Notes: generated by a model from the sequence alone, not told the origin. 64,000 nt of DNA from Takakia lepidozioides (GCA_030704615.1 CM060731.1:65844001-65908000); one strand, 5' to 3'; positions 1-13,260 are shown, counted from the first letter of the stretch. Program-made: numbers and translations.

Positions 1-3000
1 GATGATATGTGGTATGCACTTTCTTCGTACGACATACGCGATGTGCAGATCATTTGCTGTGAACAAGATGCTGCTTCCCTCTGGCTCATCCCACCTCGCA
101 CCCTACAGAGCTTGATACGCTCTATTGATGATGATAATTTGTCTTTCCTACTTTGGTGGGAATTCACTCGAGAACGACCTAAAGGAAAAGAAGTCGTTCG
201 ATTTACAGATGTGGTGACCAATATAGAAAACACGGTGGTGGGCACTCAGTTGAAGGCCGTGTTCAATGGCACCCTTAATGCTGTTACCATTTCTGGTTTA
301 TATCCTCTCTTCCTCCGAGTGCCTGGTTCTGGCAATGTGCATCGATTGGAAAGTTCCGTAAGTAAATGTTTTGCTTTGCCTTTTCAACCCTACTGACTAA
401 CCATACTGCAGAAAATTAGGCCCCTAGGGCAGTGGCCAGCAGAGATGTTGTTTACAAACAAATGCATGTATTGTACAATGAGTCTACTCAGTTGGGTCTG
501 TCCCCTTCACAAGAAAGAGGGCTGTAATCAAGTTCTTCCAAACTAGGCTTTGTAACTCACTCTTTAGGTTAATCGACTATATATCTTGGAAGCAGGAGCA
601 CCCTGTCAAACAGGCGAAGTCCTGCGGAAGAGGGTAGAAGAGATTTTCAAGGATCTGACTCTAAGTCTACAAGCCATGATTCTGCTGGATAAGTCTGACT
701 TAGAGGCTGAAGTTTCCAAAACCATGTCTGTTGCCAGGAAATTGTCTGATGAGAATGAAGTTAGGCAGAAAACTTCCCTGAACCTGTTTCCAGTCTGTGA
801 CATGGGTGAGGCCATCATGGATGACCTCAAGGGTTCACCTACTCTCGGCACTAGACTGAAATTCAAACTCAGGGCAGGTAGCCTCCCTTTGAACAGCAAA
901 CAGACGCAGAGAGGAAAGGGGGATTGTAAGTGCCCGTTGTGGGGGCAACCTGAAGACAATGTCCACTTCCTGATTCATTGTCCTGGGTACTCTCACCAGA
1001 GAGACACCCTCTTCAATTCCATCAAGGGAATTGTTCCTGTACCTCTGTTTACCAACTTTGAAAATCTTGTGGCTGAGCCAAAAGCTCAGGCCCTTTTGGG
1101 GTCTAGTTATCGGTTAAATCACACACAGCAGATTGATGTTTGTGTGAAGGGATTTCTAGAGGATATCTGGAAAACTTGGATCAATTGCATGTTTCAAGGT
1201 AGGTCATACCACTAGTGTCAGTCCCTGAGAAAAGTAGTTTCTGTCCCTTTGTGTTCCGCTCAAACTGGGCGCGGGGTCAATGGCCACAAGGCTTCGGCAA
1301 ACAATGTCTTATGAGTACATTTTTTAGGCTCACCTCGGCACTCAACTGAAATTTGAACTTAGGGCAGTTCTAACCAGCCCAATGCAGAAAGCCTAGAATA
1401 GAACTTCGCCAATTGCACAGCGAAGTAGCTTACAAACATTAAAATTACAGAATGGGTCGAGTTATCTTCTATGATCGGTGTGAGCATCAGACAAGGTCCT
1501 CCCAACCAACCCGACTAGTCTTGGTTCTACTCTGGTAGAACGTCCCTTAGTCTCCATGTTTGCTGGAGTTGGCTGCTTGTATCTAAGTTTCTTTCTAGGA
1601 ACTGACCCGATTGCTCTTTCAGCAATATGCCCAGCACTATCGGAAGGGAAATGTCTTATTCACTAACTGCCAGTCTAGGGACTTAGCCCGAAAATGGCTA
1701 AGTCCCTGGACGGCAATAGGGCCTAGAACTGGAAAACGGCGCCGAATTGACTTAGTAATAAAGCTTACTTAGCTTCACTTTGTACACAGTACATCATATC
1801 ATAATGCTCCATGTATCCCCATTGGATTTCCTTGGTCTCCAGACAGTTAGTCACCAAGCCAAGTACTGTCATGCAGTGTTATATTCTGAATGCTCTTCGG
1901 CTCATTGTATGGGAGAGTGTGGTTGAAAAGGCACTAGGTCTGGCTTAATGCGGTCCCTCGCTAATTATCGCACTGAGTGTGCAGCTCTCTTGGTTACTTC
2001 AGTTAATTGTAAGCTTAGAGGTATTGTCCCATTGGGAAGAGGAATTCACACCTTGTTGCATGTTATTGAGGTCAACATTCTTGCATTCACTCTTGCAGTT
2101 GGAGTTAGCTGACATCCAATTTGATGTTTACTTTTTGCTAGACGTTGAAGCTTCCTCTGAAATGCATTATGATTGACAGCCTCATCCATTGTAGGACTGC
2201 TGTCAAAGCCACTTAATGCAGATGCTGACATAGGTTGTTGATGCCCTCTTTTTGTGGAATGAAGTCTGAGAAGGTTTCTGGAAACCTGACATTAAATCGA
2301 GAAGGAGGGCAGATCTGGTGGTCATTCCTACGGGATGGCGTGTCTGAGGGCGACGGCTGCAACCTCATGATGGGCCCTATGGCCATCACCGTATCTGAGG
2401 AAGTCCCTCCAAGTACATTCTCTTGTTCACTGCTCCCCCTTCCTTGGTTCATTTACAGCCTGGACTCCTGCGCTGAAGCATTTGAAAGAGAGACTGTTGG
2501 GGTCTACTGTGAAGAATGCAGTTGCTGTGGGGAACACTGCTACCATAACTTACCATTCTCTTGGGGACTTTAAGACAGATTCATGGTATGGTGTGTATGC
2601 TTCAGAGGATACTCCCTCAAGTTTAGAATGGGGAGTAGAGCACATATCAACATTACTGCCACATGATTGCAGGGACACAAAGGATGCTAAGACATGAGAG
2701 TACAATTGCAGGAGCAAGCACTACTCCACATCTAAACTAGACTTGATTAGGAAAAAAGACCCCATCAACGCTTCTGATTTTCAAAGGCTTGTGTGGGATG
2801 GTGTGCAGATGGACTATTAGGAGAGACGTTAAGTAAGTTCAGCATTTGGGGCTTGTACATTACATTTGTGTTGGCAGTAGGGCGTTTCATTCGACTGCAA
2901 TTGTCTGATATTCGCATGCGCATTCCATATGAGAACTTTCCCACTTGTGACAGGTAATGTTTCTATGACATGTCACTCTGTGTTTAGGTTATCCTGCATG

Positions 3001-3940
3001 TCATACTCTATGGCTAATGATTTTAGGGCTGGCAGTGATATCCTACTAGACACATGATGGGGGCAGCCTGGCCTGAGGAAGAGGGAAAGAAAGAAAACTT
3101 GCTTGCAAAACATACACTACCTTTGTGAGGGGGGCCAATTCCAGTAGTGGGACTTACCTTGATATAAACAATTTGTTTGTGCTTCCCATATTTCCTCTAG
3201 AAAACCCTTCCCAAGCATCAATCTGCTGTGTGTGATCTGCCTAGCAGTTAAGACCCCAACAGGGCCAGGGCTTTAGGCTCAGCCTTGAGATTTTGAAAGT
3301 TGCTGAACAGAGGTGCAGGGACTATATTCATAATGTCCTTCAGAGAATCACTCTCTGATGAGAATACCCTGGGACATTGTATCAGAAAATGGGGATTATC
3401 TCAATGCACAACAATATTGTCTCCTTGGGCATTGACAATCTCGCATTCCTCTCTGCATCTGTTTACTGTTCAAAGGTAGACTCCCTGCAGTGAGTTTAAA
3501 TTTCAGTCTAGTGCCGAGCGTAGGTAGGCCCTTCAGGACATCCCAAAAGAGAGAAAGGCAAAAGGCATCTGGGAGAGTGCCCAAGGGACGCACGAATAAA
3601 GGAGATCTTCCTCCTTTCCTTGTAGTGAGAGAAAAGGTAGAGAGGGGATATATCCAACTGAGTGCACTTTATCAATGGGTGACTCTAGAATAGCATATCT
3701 AGACTCTTCCGAGTTAGTCTCAAGCTGTGGAGTCATAGCGGTAGAGCAATGCATCTCCACCCATCTCATGGGCAGGGTTCCTGGTAAACAATGGTGTGGT
3801 GCAGGTTGGTAGCAATCTGTGAGGACATATATGCAGCTCGGGCAGAAGGGGAGTTGGAGCTTGAGGAAGGCCTGTTTTGGACCTTGATCAAAATATATAG
3901 GGCGCCTCACATCTTGATGGAATATACTAAATTGGAATAG
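1..3940 (+). CDS. PIEZO: PIEZO mechanosensitive ion channel, 3' end (exons <1-357, ~2265-2412, 2809-2953, 3805-3940)
   Basis: Spliced translation gives DVQIICCEQDAASLWL...RERPKGKEVV...WWSF...GPMAITVSEEVPP-NGLLGETLSKFSIWGLYITFVLAVGRFIRLQLSDIRMRIPYENFPTCDR-LVAICEDIYAARAEGELELEEGLFWTLIKIYRAPHILMEYTKLE*. This matches the plant PIEZO cap, inner helix and CTD. GT-AG boundaries have consistent phases. Confidence 0.95.
810..1290 (+). mobile_element. Non-LTR retrotransposon 3' fragment (C-terminal Zn-binding region) in a PIEZO intron
   Basis: TRLKFKLRAGSLPLN...CKCP..G.PEDNVHFLIHCPGYSHQRD resembles the CxxC..HxxxxC tail of LINE ORF2. A related copy lies at 3120-3545. Confidence 0.7.
3120..3545 (-). 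mobile_element. Inverted second copy of the same LINE 3' fragment in the last PIEZO intron
   Basis: Reverse complement aligns with ~826-1190 (shared CTCGGCACTAGACTGAAATT; TLGTRLKFKLTAGSLPLNSKQ), roughly 80% identity by eye. Confidence 0.75.
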
Positions 3941-6199
3941 GGTCTTTTGTGCCCATTTTATAATTACTGGGAAGGAAGGTTCGCTTTGTGACACAGCAGC
4001 TTGTCTTCAATTTTACAAAATTGCTCCCCAGTTCATTTTGAAGTCATGCTACACATTTTTTGCTCTCGGAGCTGTCAGAGGGACTCTGATAGTGATGGAG
4101 TCTAGTCAGATCCCATGCTGGACCATTTTCCTTCTTGGGTGTACAGTAGAATGGTGGCAGAGCACTTCACCACGTTCCATTTGTATTATGCAACTCTTGG
4201 GATTATTGAAATACTGCAGTCTGCCATCTTAAATGTGCATTACAGCTGGGGCTGTGGTGTTGCATGAACAGGGAGATTATCCTACTGAGCAAGCTCCTGG
4301 ACCCCTGTGGTTGTTGTGCCTCAGCGAGCTCCAAAAGTCTCCCTACAAAATCCTTCAAGCACAGATTCTGTTCCCCTAATTACTGTGGATCCCATCTCCA
4401 AATCGTCATTGACAAGTTGGTTGTCAGAATCAGTTGAAATAACGCAACTATAGATGGCGAGGAAACTTCTACAAATAGGCTGCACTTCGTCTCGCTCAAG
4501 GGCCACCTGCTGGGTGTTCAGTATCAGCTAACTGCAGATTCCCAGTTTAGTGCAAGGTGAGTCTAGTACCCCATGAACACAACTCCGCACACAATGTGAA
4601 GGAGATCTTCAATATCGTGTGTTAGGCAACCATTGCATGATTTGAAGCCACAACATTGAAGTGTGCTGTGCAACACACCTTCCTTAATGGGCTCTGACCA
4701 CCAGAACATTGGCTTGCCAGCCAGAGCTTATTTGTAACCAACAGCTTAGGAACAGTGGGGTGGCAGGAATGCTGGTTCAGGAGGGATTCCATCCAGACAG
4801 GGTCCGTCTAGCACAGGCAATTTTCAAACTTGATTCAGGTAGTCTACAAATTGACAACGATAGGATAGTGGAGACTATATCTTGTTCTTTTGACCAATAC
4901 AAATTGAGATCAGAGATATTACTGCATGTTTAGACAGTCTCATCCTTATCTGAGGCCTTTTCATTAGAAGTACCTCATCTATCTCCAGGCAGCATTTCAC
5001 AGGAACCTACTGAATTCACAGGCTTATTTTGGGACAGCTTTTCAGTCTTTTTGGAAATCTCATTCCTAACTTTCTTTTGGGCCCATAGAGCTCTTTAGAT
5101 CTCCTATAGCTGCAATAGATATTTGTCTTTTTTGCCACCCACATCAACTCAAACTCAACAAGCGGCTAGTCGCGCATGGCTCCTCTTTGTGAGTAGTGGA
5201 ATCTACTTTCATTCATAATAAACTTTAAGATTCATCCATATATTTAACAACTTGAGGGAGGTGTTACCTAAAGAAGGCTTATCATGGAAGTAGTTTTCAT
5301 AAAAAGAGAGGAGGAGACACTTGGGAAAGGCACAACAAGTGCTTAGCGATTTTTGACACGTAGTCTCCTCTTTATGCTAAAGAGGAGCCAACAAATGAAC
5401 TCAATGACTCAAAATCTGCCCAGGATCAGTTGAGCACCCCCTCAAATGCTTCGAATACATTGTTTGTCCAATTATCTTCCTTGAGCAATTCCTTGGCCAT
5501 TGAAAACAAATAACATTCTGCAGCCTTAATTGCCCATGGTCATTAGAGTTATCCGTTAAGTCAACCAATTTGGCCAAAAGACAGGCTGAAGTGTAATAAA
5601 TGTCAAAAGAGCAAGCAAGCAAAATACAAGGAAAAGAAAAAAGAGGACCAAACTCAAAATAGCACAGAAATGAGCGTAAAACACGTTTCATCCTGTATTT
5701 GTTTTTTGGCATTCCTCTCCGGGTACGTTGCACGGCGTGGAACGATGCGGCCAAGGAGGTTGGGCGGGGCCCACATTGACATCAGGCTAATAGGTCCGTA
5801 CATTCGCGTGGGCCCGCTGCTGCAGGCTCGCCCTTCCATAGTTCCTCTTATGGTACTATGTCTTCTCGACTTAACAGATACGTGCAAAGTGCCAGCCAGA
5901 GGCATTGTGGGGATGTATCAAGGGGCAGAATGGAGGGTGACTTAACAGATAACTTCATTGTCTACCTCCTCTCCCCATGAGTGAAAGCTTTCATTCCATA
6001 CCATCTCCACATTCCCAATGATAAAACACTATACCACAAAACTACACTGCGTACTACTATGCTATCTAATAGATTCAGAGAAAAAAAAGATCAAACTCCA
6101 AAAGCAAAGAGAATATATACTAATACTAGTAGTCCTAGGAAGTGAAGAAGGTAGTCGCGGTAGATAGCGAAGTAAAGATGGTAGACGGTGGGGTAGTTG

Positions 6200-6900
6200 C
6201 AGCCTAGATTGGACCAAAAATGTTGTCACGGTGTATAACGCCTTGACGCCTTGTCGCCTGTCCCGCCAGATGCCTCCTGAAGACGAATAACCCCTCCAAA
6301 TTCAAAAACAGAAACAAACAACAAAGAAACATGCATGCAAAATAAAGGTCAAAACATGGAATGGGCAAGGTGCGACGGATGTAACCCCCTTTGCAACCTT
6401 GGCCAACTTGGTCCCATAGCACAGAACATCTTAGAGCCTCGAAAACAAATCAGAGGCTATGGATTTCAATCTTTGGATGTAGTTTAGAAGGAGTGGCAAG
6501 GAACGAATTTGCAAAGAAGTCCCATGATCTGAAATCTTGAACTAGGGGCCAGATGGCGGTTGGAGCGAGACAATAAAGAAGGCAGTGTTCAAGGGTTTCT
6601 ATAATATGATTAGAGCAACAGTGGCAAAGAAGCGCTTTATTGAAATTCAGATATTGGCCGACCTTGAGAACTTTGTTTGCCACCTGCCATAGAAAAACAC
6701 TAATCTTAGCGGGTTTGGATTTTTTCCGGATTAAAGACCTGATCTCTTTCCAATTCTTCTGATTGAAGTTCTCATGGCTCCATCTGTTCTCATTTGTATT
6801 TGAGAAATAAACCCGAGCATGAGTACATGAATTCAATTTTTTGGACAAATTCATCATCATCTATAATACTCTTCAACCTCAATAGAAAGAACTGTACTAT
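6200..6900 (-). mobile_element. L1-type LINE ORF2 3' remnant (zf-RVT domain)
   Basis: ORF 6450-6860: PAKISVFLWQVANKVL...CHCC...ETLEHCLLYCLAPTAIW is the zf-RVT pattern. Confidence 0.8.
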
Positions 6901-7109
6901 AAGTGCTACACAATTGGTAAACTATCTACAACCAGTCTAGGGCGTGGATCCATGGCCATGAACATTTGTATTTGGAGAATAATTTTTTTTTAAATTTAGA
7001 ATAAAGAAATATGATCACGGTGTATAATGTAATGGGGGTTCTTTAATTTTTCCCCAAATAGTTAACCAGGGCTACAATCCCCCTGTTCATTAAAAAAAAA
7101 AAAACATAT

Positions 7110-7300
7110 CGGCTAGTACCTCAGAGGTACCTCAGCTAATAAGTGCACAGTGTGTTGCCCTGGTGGTTCAGGGTACGAACCCGCTGCCCTGCACGGTGTG
7201 TGGACTGTTCATGACCGGTTGGTCTGGTGATGATGTTTCCCTCCTGTGTGCCTGATAGCTTATCTGAAAGGGGGTTAATTTTTCCCCCTCCTCAAGGGCC
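7110..7300 (+). mobile_element. Possible degenerate tRNA-derived SINE head
   Basis: TACCTCAGCTAATAAGTGC (A-box-like) and GGGTACGAACCC (B-box-like) at tRNA-like spacing. No convincing cloverleaf. Confidence 0.3.
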
Positions 7301-7319
7301 TGAATTGTGAGCAGTCGCT

Positions 7320-10294
7320 TGTAAAGCCAGATTCTGCACTACCGGGTTTTTTCCCCTCCTCTACAAGTTTGTGCTAAATGAGGGATGTCAGCTCAGCAGA
7401 ACTAGCATTCGAGGAAGGAAGGATATCACGTAGAGGCCCTCTCTTAGATTCTAATTCATCCAAACATTTGCACATCCGTTCCACAGTACACAGGAGCAAC
7501 ACTTTTTCAAATAACACCAGCCGCCCTAAGCTAGCTTCGTGTTGATCCCTTTTATAAACGAAGGCTCATGATCTCATCCAACAGAATGTCAAGCCCTGAT
7601 TGGCTGTTTGGATTCCAGCCAGGTGCCCATCCAGATAGGATACCACCTCTTCCAACTTAGAGATAAACTAGCTGTTAGCATAAGATACTTATGTTTATAA
7701 ATAGATTTGCCAGTGGGGTTCATCCATGCTTTCCCCAACGGCCATTCATCCACCTTTTCATTGTACATTTATCCAGATGTCAAAAAAGTAGGCAGAGGGA
7801 ATCTAGCCATTACATATGTAAAGCCTCCTGGCACACAGAGGAGCAAGCTCCAGCGAGCTAACTAACAAAACACAATGCTCAATGGTGAGCAATGTTGCTC
7901 AGGGTTGCACCGAGATGGGATGAAAAAACCGCAACAAGGAAAACTTTGCTCTGCAAATTGAGCGAAGGAGAAAACCTTGGTGTGAAAAACACCATCCCGT
8001 GATGTGTACAACCTGAGATCTACTAGAAAGTGAAACAGAGGGACTCAAATGGCCAAGCCAATCTAATCAAAGCAAAATGTCACTACTAGACTACTCCGGT
8101 GGTTCGGAAGCTGTGTCTAAACGAGCTCGTTTTGTTGGTGTCAAAACAACATGTCGATTCTCTACATTGATGTAGGTCAAGTCGAATTGGGGCGAGCTGA
8201 GATACATGAACAGTACCAGCAATCTCTGCAGTAGAAGGATGCTGAGGCAAGAGCCGATATTGTTGCCCCGGCAAGATAGCTTGAATCAAGTATGGGCCAT
8301 CAATCCTCATCTTGGACTTGATCACCATGTTTGCCACGCTGCCAACGAACACACACTGTCTGGCCTAGAGAAAAACTCTCAAAATACACTACTCTTCTAT
8401 TGTAGTTACGAGCCTGAGCTACTTGGGAAACCTGAATGTTACATTTAGCATATTCGTTTACGTTTGCTAAATGTACGTAAACTATGAGTAGTGAGATGGG
8501 TTAGAAATTCTTCCCATATGATACGCTCCTCAACCTGAGTGTGGAGCACGGGAACATGTAGGGGAGTACGAGCCTTGCGACCATAAAGCAACTCAAAAGG
8601 AGAATAGCGGGTATTGGCATTCACTGAGGTCTATAGGCAAAAATTAGGATAGGCAAGGTGATATCCCACTCATTGGTCAGGGCGCCATTCTTCTCGAAGA
8701 GCTGGCACATAGTTTTGTTGAACCTTTCGGTGAGTCCATTGCACTGGGGATTGTGAGGAACCATCAAGCAATGCTTGACATCAAGATTGAAACACACAAC
8801 CTCCATCAGCTGGTTACAAAACTCAGTACCCTGGTCAGTCAAAATCTCAAGGGGGCAACCATGCCGTAATAGGATTTCATCAAAGAAGAACTAAACCACC
8901 TCATCACTGTCCTTAGCAACCAAAGGCCAGATCTCAACCCATGTAGACATGTAATTAGTAGCCACACCGATGTAGATATTGCCCTTGGACCTCGTAGTTT
9001 TGAGAGGTCCGACAAGGTCTAAACCAACCCTTGCAAACACTTATGGCACAAGGATTGGTTAAAGTTTAAGAGAAGCCACGATTCTAGGCAGCAGGGTTTT
9101 GGACTTGCATGGAACACACTTAGCTATGAAATCCTGAACATCCTTGGTTAGACCTTCCCAGTGATACTTTTCCTGAAGTCGCTTCATAGTTTTATCAACT
9201 CCAAGATGACCAGCATAAAGAGAACAATGATATAGTTCAAGCAATGAAGGGACAAAACTCCTAGTAGGGACCTCCACGGCACTCTCCTGCCCCTGAAGAC
9301 AAACCACTTTTAGCAACTTACCTTCATGCTCCCGGTGGGTAGGGAGATGATAGTTTACTTGCCTTATAGTGGAGGAGGAGAGGCCCTGCAGATGTGTGCC
9401 AGTTCTACACTTCTGGAGAAGGGCTTGATGAAGGTGATCGTCCATGGCTGCAGCTGTACATAGCCACACCCATAAGTTAGTGTGAGCCACTAGGGAGTAT
9501 CCACCTCAGTTTACTCCAGGTGATGATCAGTAGCTCAACTACTTGAAAAGGGGCTGCTTAATGACAGAGCAAAATGGTCTGAGTAAGCGCACAAGCAAAC
9601 TCCGTATGGAGAGTAGGTGATAAACACCAGGAGCAGCAGCAAAAGAAAGTAAAGGGCAGAGAAGGAGAGGTGTCTACCAACCATACCTCGAAAGTAACCT
9701 CAGTGACATGACAATACCCTAAAAATGATCTAACTAGCGGAAAAGGAAAGCAGATCCCATTGTGACATAAGATCAGGAGGGGAAGAAACAGTGGTGGCAA
9801 AAAGAGCCAATAAATCAGGACCATCCAACATGAGATATGCACTTCTAACGTGGAAGAATTTTGCATGTTTTTGAGCCATTTTAATCTCTAGCTTGGATTA
9901 TCGTATGCTACGGAAATGTCCAGGGATGCTGGTGAAATATATATATATTTGTTGGACCTAAGCTTAAGTTAAACGAAGGTGGCTCTTCTGTCCTTGTATA
10001 AGGTACTTTCCGCTTTTTGATGTGATCTTGTATTCAATTTCAAACTCTATAATGTAACTTTTTCCGGGCAGGTTCGTTGGGCAGATTGAAATGTTCTTGT
10101 TCACCTTCGTTGACCTTTGTCAATGATGGAATCGCGTTGGTAATTGACAGAATAGGAGCTCTCAGACACTCATGTTATGAATAGATCTGCCAAGTGGGTT
10201 CATCCATGCTTTCCCCAACAGCCATTCATCTACCTTTTTATTGTACGTTCATCCAAATGTCGAAAAAGCAGGGAGCGGGAATCTAGCCATTACA
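7320..10294 (-). mobile_element. Internally deleted Ty3/gypsy LTR retrotransposon (family B, copy 1)
   Basis: 3' LTR 7320-7814 (TGTAA...TTACA). Partial 5' LTR ~10160-10294 matches ~7680-7814. Flanks CGCT/CGAT give a 4-bp TSD with one mismatch. Integrase remnants lie between. Confidence 0.85.
8086..9490 (-). pseudogene. Disrupted gypsy integrase
   Basis: YHCSLYAGHLGVDKT...YHWEG...CVPC (HHCC), TDQGTEFCN...HNPQCNGLTERFNKT (rve core) and DGPY (GPY/F). Stops and frameshifts present. Homologous to 44280-45646. Confidence 0.9.
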
Positions 10295-12060
10295 CGATCC
10301 CAGGTTTTAAAATTTTAAAAAAGTAATATAAAAACTTAACTCAAGCAATTTTCCCAGGTTTTTGTTGGCTCCTCTTCAAATCCTCCCCACCCCCTCTACA
10401 TACGTAAGGGACCTGGCCAATGACCTGGCCCTTCCCATCACTTTGGTGTCCAATGTCACTCCCCACTACAATATCACTCCCAATCTGATGTCACCCCATT
10501 CCGTGTCCACTGTCACTCTGGTATTTGGTGTGACTCAATTTGTGTCACTCTCGAGAATGGATGGGGAAGATTTAATTTGCTGCCTTGATCAGTCAGCAAT
10601 CCTGTTGATCAGAGTGGGGATCAGGACTCCCGAGAGAAATATGGGAGTGAGTTTTTAAACCTTACTACACACAGTTCAGGTAGAGGATGACGTCGACTGG
10701 AAATCGGGGCACTGGTGCAGGCCAGCGATGCGGCATGGTGCATGCCCCACGTAACAACAGAGTTAAGAAGCAGGATAGCTTGTCCTCATGAGCAAATGTG
10801 CTATCGTTTCTGTTTGTCTCGATTTCAATATTATAAATCTGTGTGCGAGGTCGCAGTACTTGTAGGAATCACGTCCATGAATCTGCACGTACGTAGTAGG
10901 TAGACCTGATGCTCTTGATGTTTTGGAACTACGTGATCCGTCTTCACCAGAAAATCAATTCCATAGGGATTGCTGTCTTGATCAGTACTTGTGTTGTTAA
11001 TGCCTCAGAGCAGCCGATGGTCCAAGTTACGGTGTTGTGAACTTTGGAGATCTAAGCGACAAGTGGCGACTATATTAGATTAAATAGGAAGACGGATAAG
11101 CGATGTTTAAAACTCTACAACATGTGAAGAATTCAAAGTATTCTTGTGGATTAAGTATTCAGTACATATGGCACCATTGTTGGCCGTTATCTTATCCAAA
11201 TTGCAGAAAACAGGAAGAGACATCAGGAACAAGTCGCAATCCAAATAGTCTCAAGAAACTGTTTATAACATTCAGAGAGTGTGAGCTGAATTCCAAATCA
11301 GAAGGTGCAGCTACCAAACCAAGGCTAGTAGCTGCAGCCTGCAAACTTTTACACTTCAGCTCACTATCAGCAACCAAGTTGTTTGCTTCTAATGAGCGTA
11401 GTGCATCACCACCTTTTTACAGTCAATGAGCCACTGACTATCCACCAGCTGTATTGCATCTGCATTATTATCTAGGTGCAATAGCACTAGTACTCTAGGT
11501 GCATTCCTAGAGCAGTGACCACCCATGTCGTAGTCTGAAAGAATTCTTCTCTTACACTCAGAGGTCCATTGATGACCTGCACTACAACAACATCAGGCAT
11601 GAGAGCGAGTCAGAAAGTGAGGTGATTAACTGGATACTTAAGGAATAACTTGCGCTCCTGGGTGATATTCGAAAATTCTAATATGCTTGGCCTTTCATGA
11701 AGTGCATGATAGTACAGCCCGAACGCTGCAGAAGGTTTATTAGCAATGAGATTTACTTCATATGAGTAGCGAATAATCATCCCGATCTCAATCTAACATT
11801 GGCCTAATATGGCGATGGAGAGCAACTCGAGAAATCTGTAAAGCTACTGCCCGCCCGCCATCCCCCCGCCCCCGACTGGTGCCTCCCACCGGGCGGCGCT
11901 TCATGGCAGCCACGACTGGTGCCTCCACGGCTCGAGGAGATCGTCGCCTTCGTCTTTCATGACCAAACTGTCTATGAGCTGCAGCGAATCTGCATTTCCG
12001 CCAGTGAATTTAAGCTTGATATGACCAGGAAGAGTTCTGGAAGGAAGAGCTTGCCTTCAA

Positions 12061-12303
12061 CTAAGGGTCCACAATGCCGTGGGTCGCGTAGGTGAGCCCA
12101 TCGTCAGTAAATTCGCATCCACATGTTCCAGCTCCGTCGCAAACGCAGCGCAGCGGGGAGTCGCAGCAGGTAAAAGCTCCACATGCGACCGAGTTGCTGG
12201 CGCACCCAGCTTCAACGAGGCCAGGGCCGTGAGCAGCCAGCAAAACGCTGGCCAGCAGCAGCATTGCGACGAACTGGGCGGCAGTGTTGCTTGATTTGGC
12301 CAT
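12061..12303 (-). CDS. Small secreted cysteine-rich peptide, knottin-like 8-Cys (80 aa, intronless)
   Basis: GCCATGG start context. Hydrophobic signal peptide ending VEA|G. Mature C-x6-C-x4-CC-x5-C-x-C-x5-C-x-C plus acidic tail. GA-repeat leader and upstream TATA. Confidence 0.8.
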   Translation of the reverse strand: MAKSSNTAAQFVAMLLLASVLLAAHGPGLVEAGCASNSVACGAFTCCDSPLRCVCDGAGTCGCEFTDDGLTYATHGIVDP

Positions 12304-12418
12304 GGCCGCTGATCACTCTCTCTCTCTCTCTCTTCTGCGATACTTAGTCTTCACTTCCGTCCAATACTCTTCTCTCTCACGGGGCTGCTGTGGGAGGATC
12401 GCAGCGAGCGTCTCAATG

Positions 12419-12426
12419 TACTTATA
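12419..12426 (-). promoter_or_regulatory. TATA box of the Cys-rich peptide gene
   Basis: TATAAGTA on the minus strand ~115 nt upstream of the ATG. Confidence 0.5.
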
Positions 12427-13203
12427 CCCCCTGCTTGGCTTGTGTGCTTATAAGTGAGAGCTTCATTCATCCAATTTATCCATCCTGGACATATCCACAG
12501 ATAAATGGACAAATAGCATCCACGATGATGGCTTCATCCACGTGATATCATCCAGATCAGTAGTCAGAAAACAGTATACATCCAGTTTATTCAATCCGTC
12601 ATAGGGATACTGCGGGTAAATTCTGGGTGTATTCGGGGACACATCACGTCAGTATGACATGTTTTCAGATCTCAGTTCCGAGACGTGAAACTCGTTTTCC
12701 GTTGCAGGGTATATGCTGCTCCTCTACAGCGATTGCTTGTATGGTAACACTAGAGCCTTGCTTGCTAAGAGGACCAGAGTCTCTTTGTAGAGGATGTGTA
12801 CGATTTATCATCCACTCACCCTCTCATCCATCCAACTGCTGCTGACATGAGGTAGGTAGGTATTACCACAGACCCGACGTTGGAGAGGACGGATTATTTA
12901 ACGGTCAGGATCGTGTAGGGAGGCGCAGGGATCACGCGGAAATTGATTGTTACTCGTCATCCTGGAGGGCACTCTTTTCATCCATGTGCTCAGCACCTTC
13001 CAAGATCTTAAAAGCGTCTTTTAAGTTTTGCTGCGATATTAAAATTCAGAGACAGTCATCAATCAACATAGACATATGGATTTACAAGTCCATAGTGCAT
13101 AGGAATGTACACGTCTTGATTGTCAACCGACTCTTTAAAGCGGTCACTGTACGCTCCGTTCAAGTCCAGCTGTTCTTAAAAATACCGTGGAGCTTGTTTG
13201 TAC

Positions 13204-13260
13204 CAGTGTTGGGCGGTTATGAACTTTTGGCAGGTTATAACCGCCTATTATTAGACCGGT

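Noticed and set aside
4321-5110. Possible minus-strand gene (acceptor-preceded 61-aa ORF at 4321-4506 plus an upstream frame)
   Set aside because: The upstream frame has several stops and no recognisable domain, so it cannot be supported.
10430-10555. Short degenerate TGTCACTC repeats
   Set aside because: Low-complexity microrepeat with no further structure.
10860-11000. NPYGIDF on the minus strand, resembling a GDSL lipase block
   Set aside because: Isolated heptapeptide with no GDS or GRF motifs around it.
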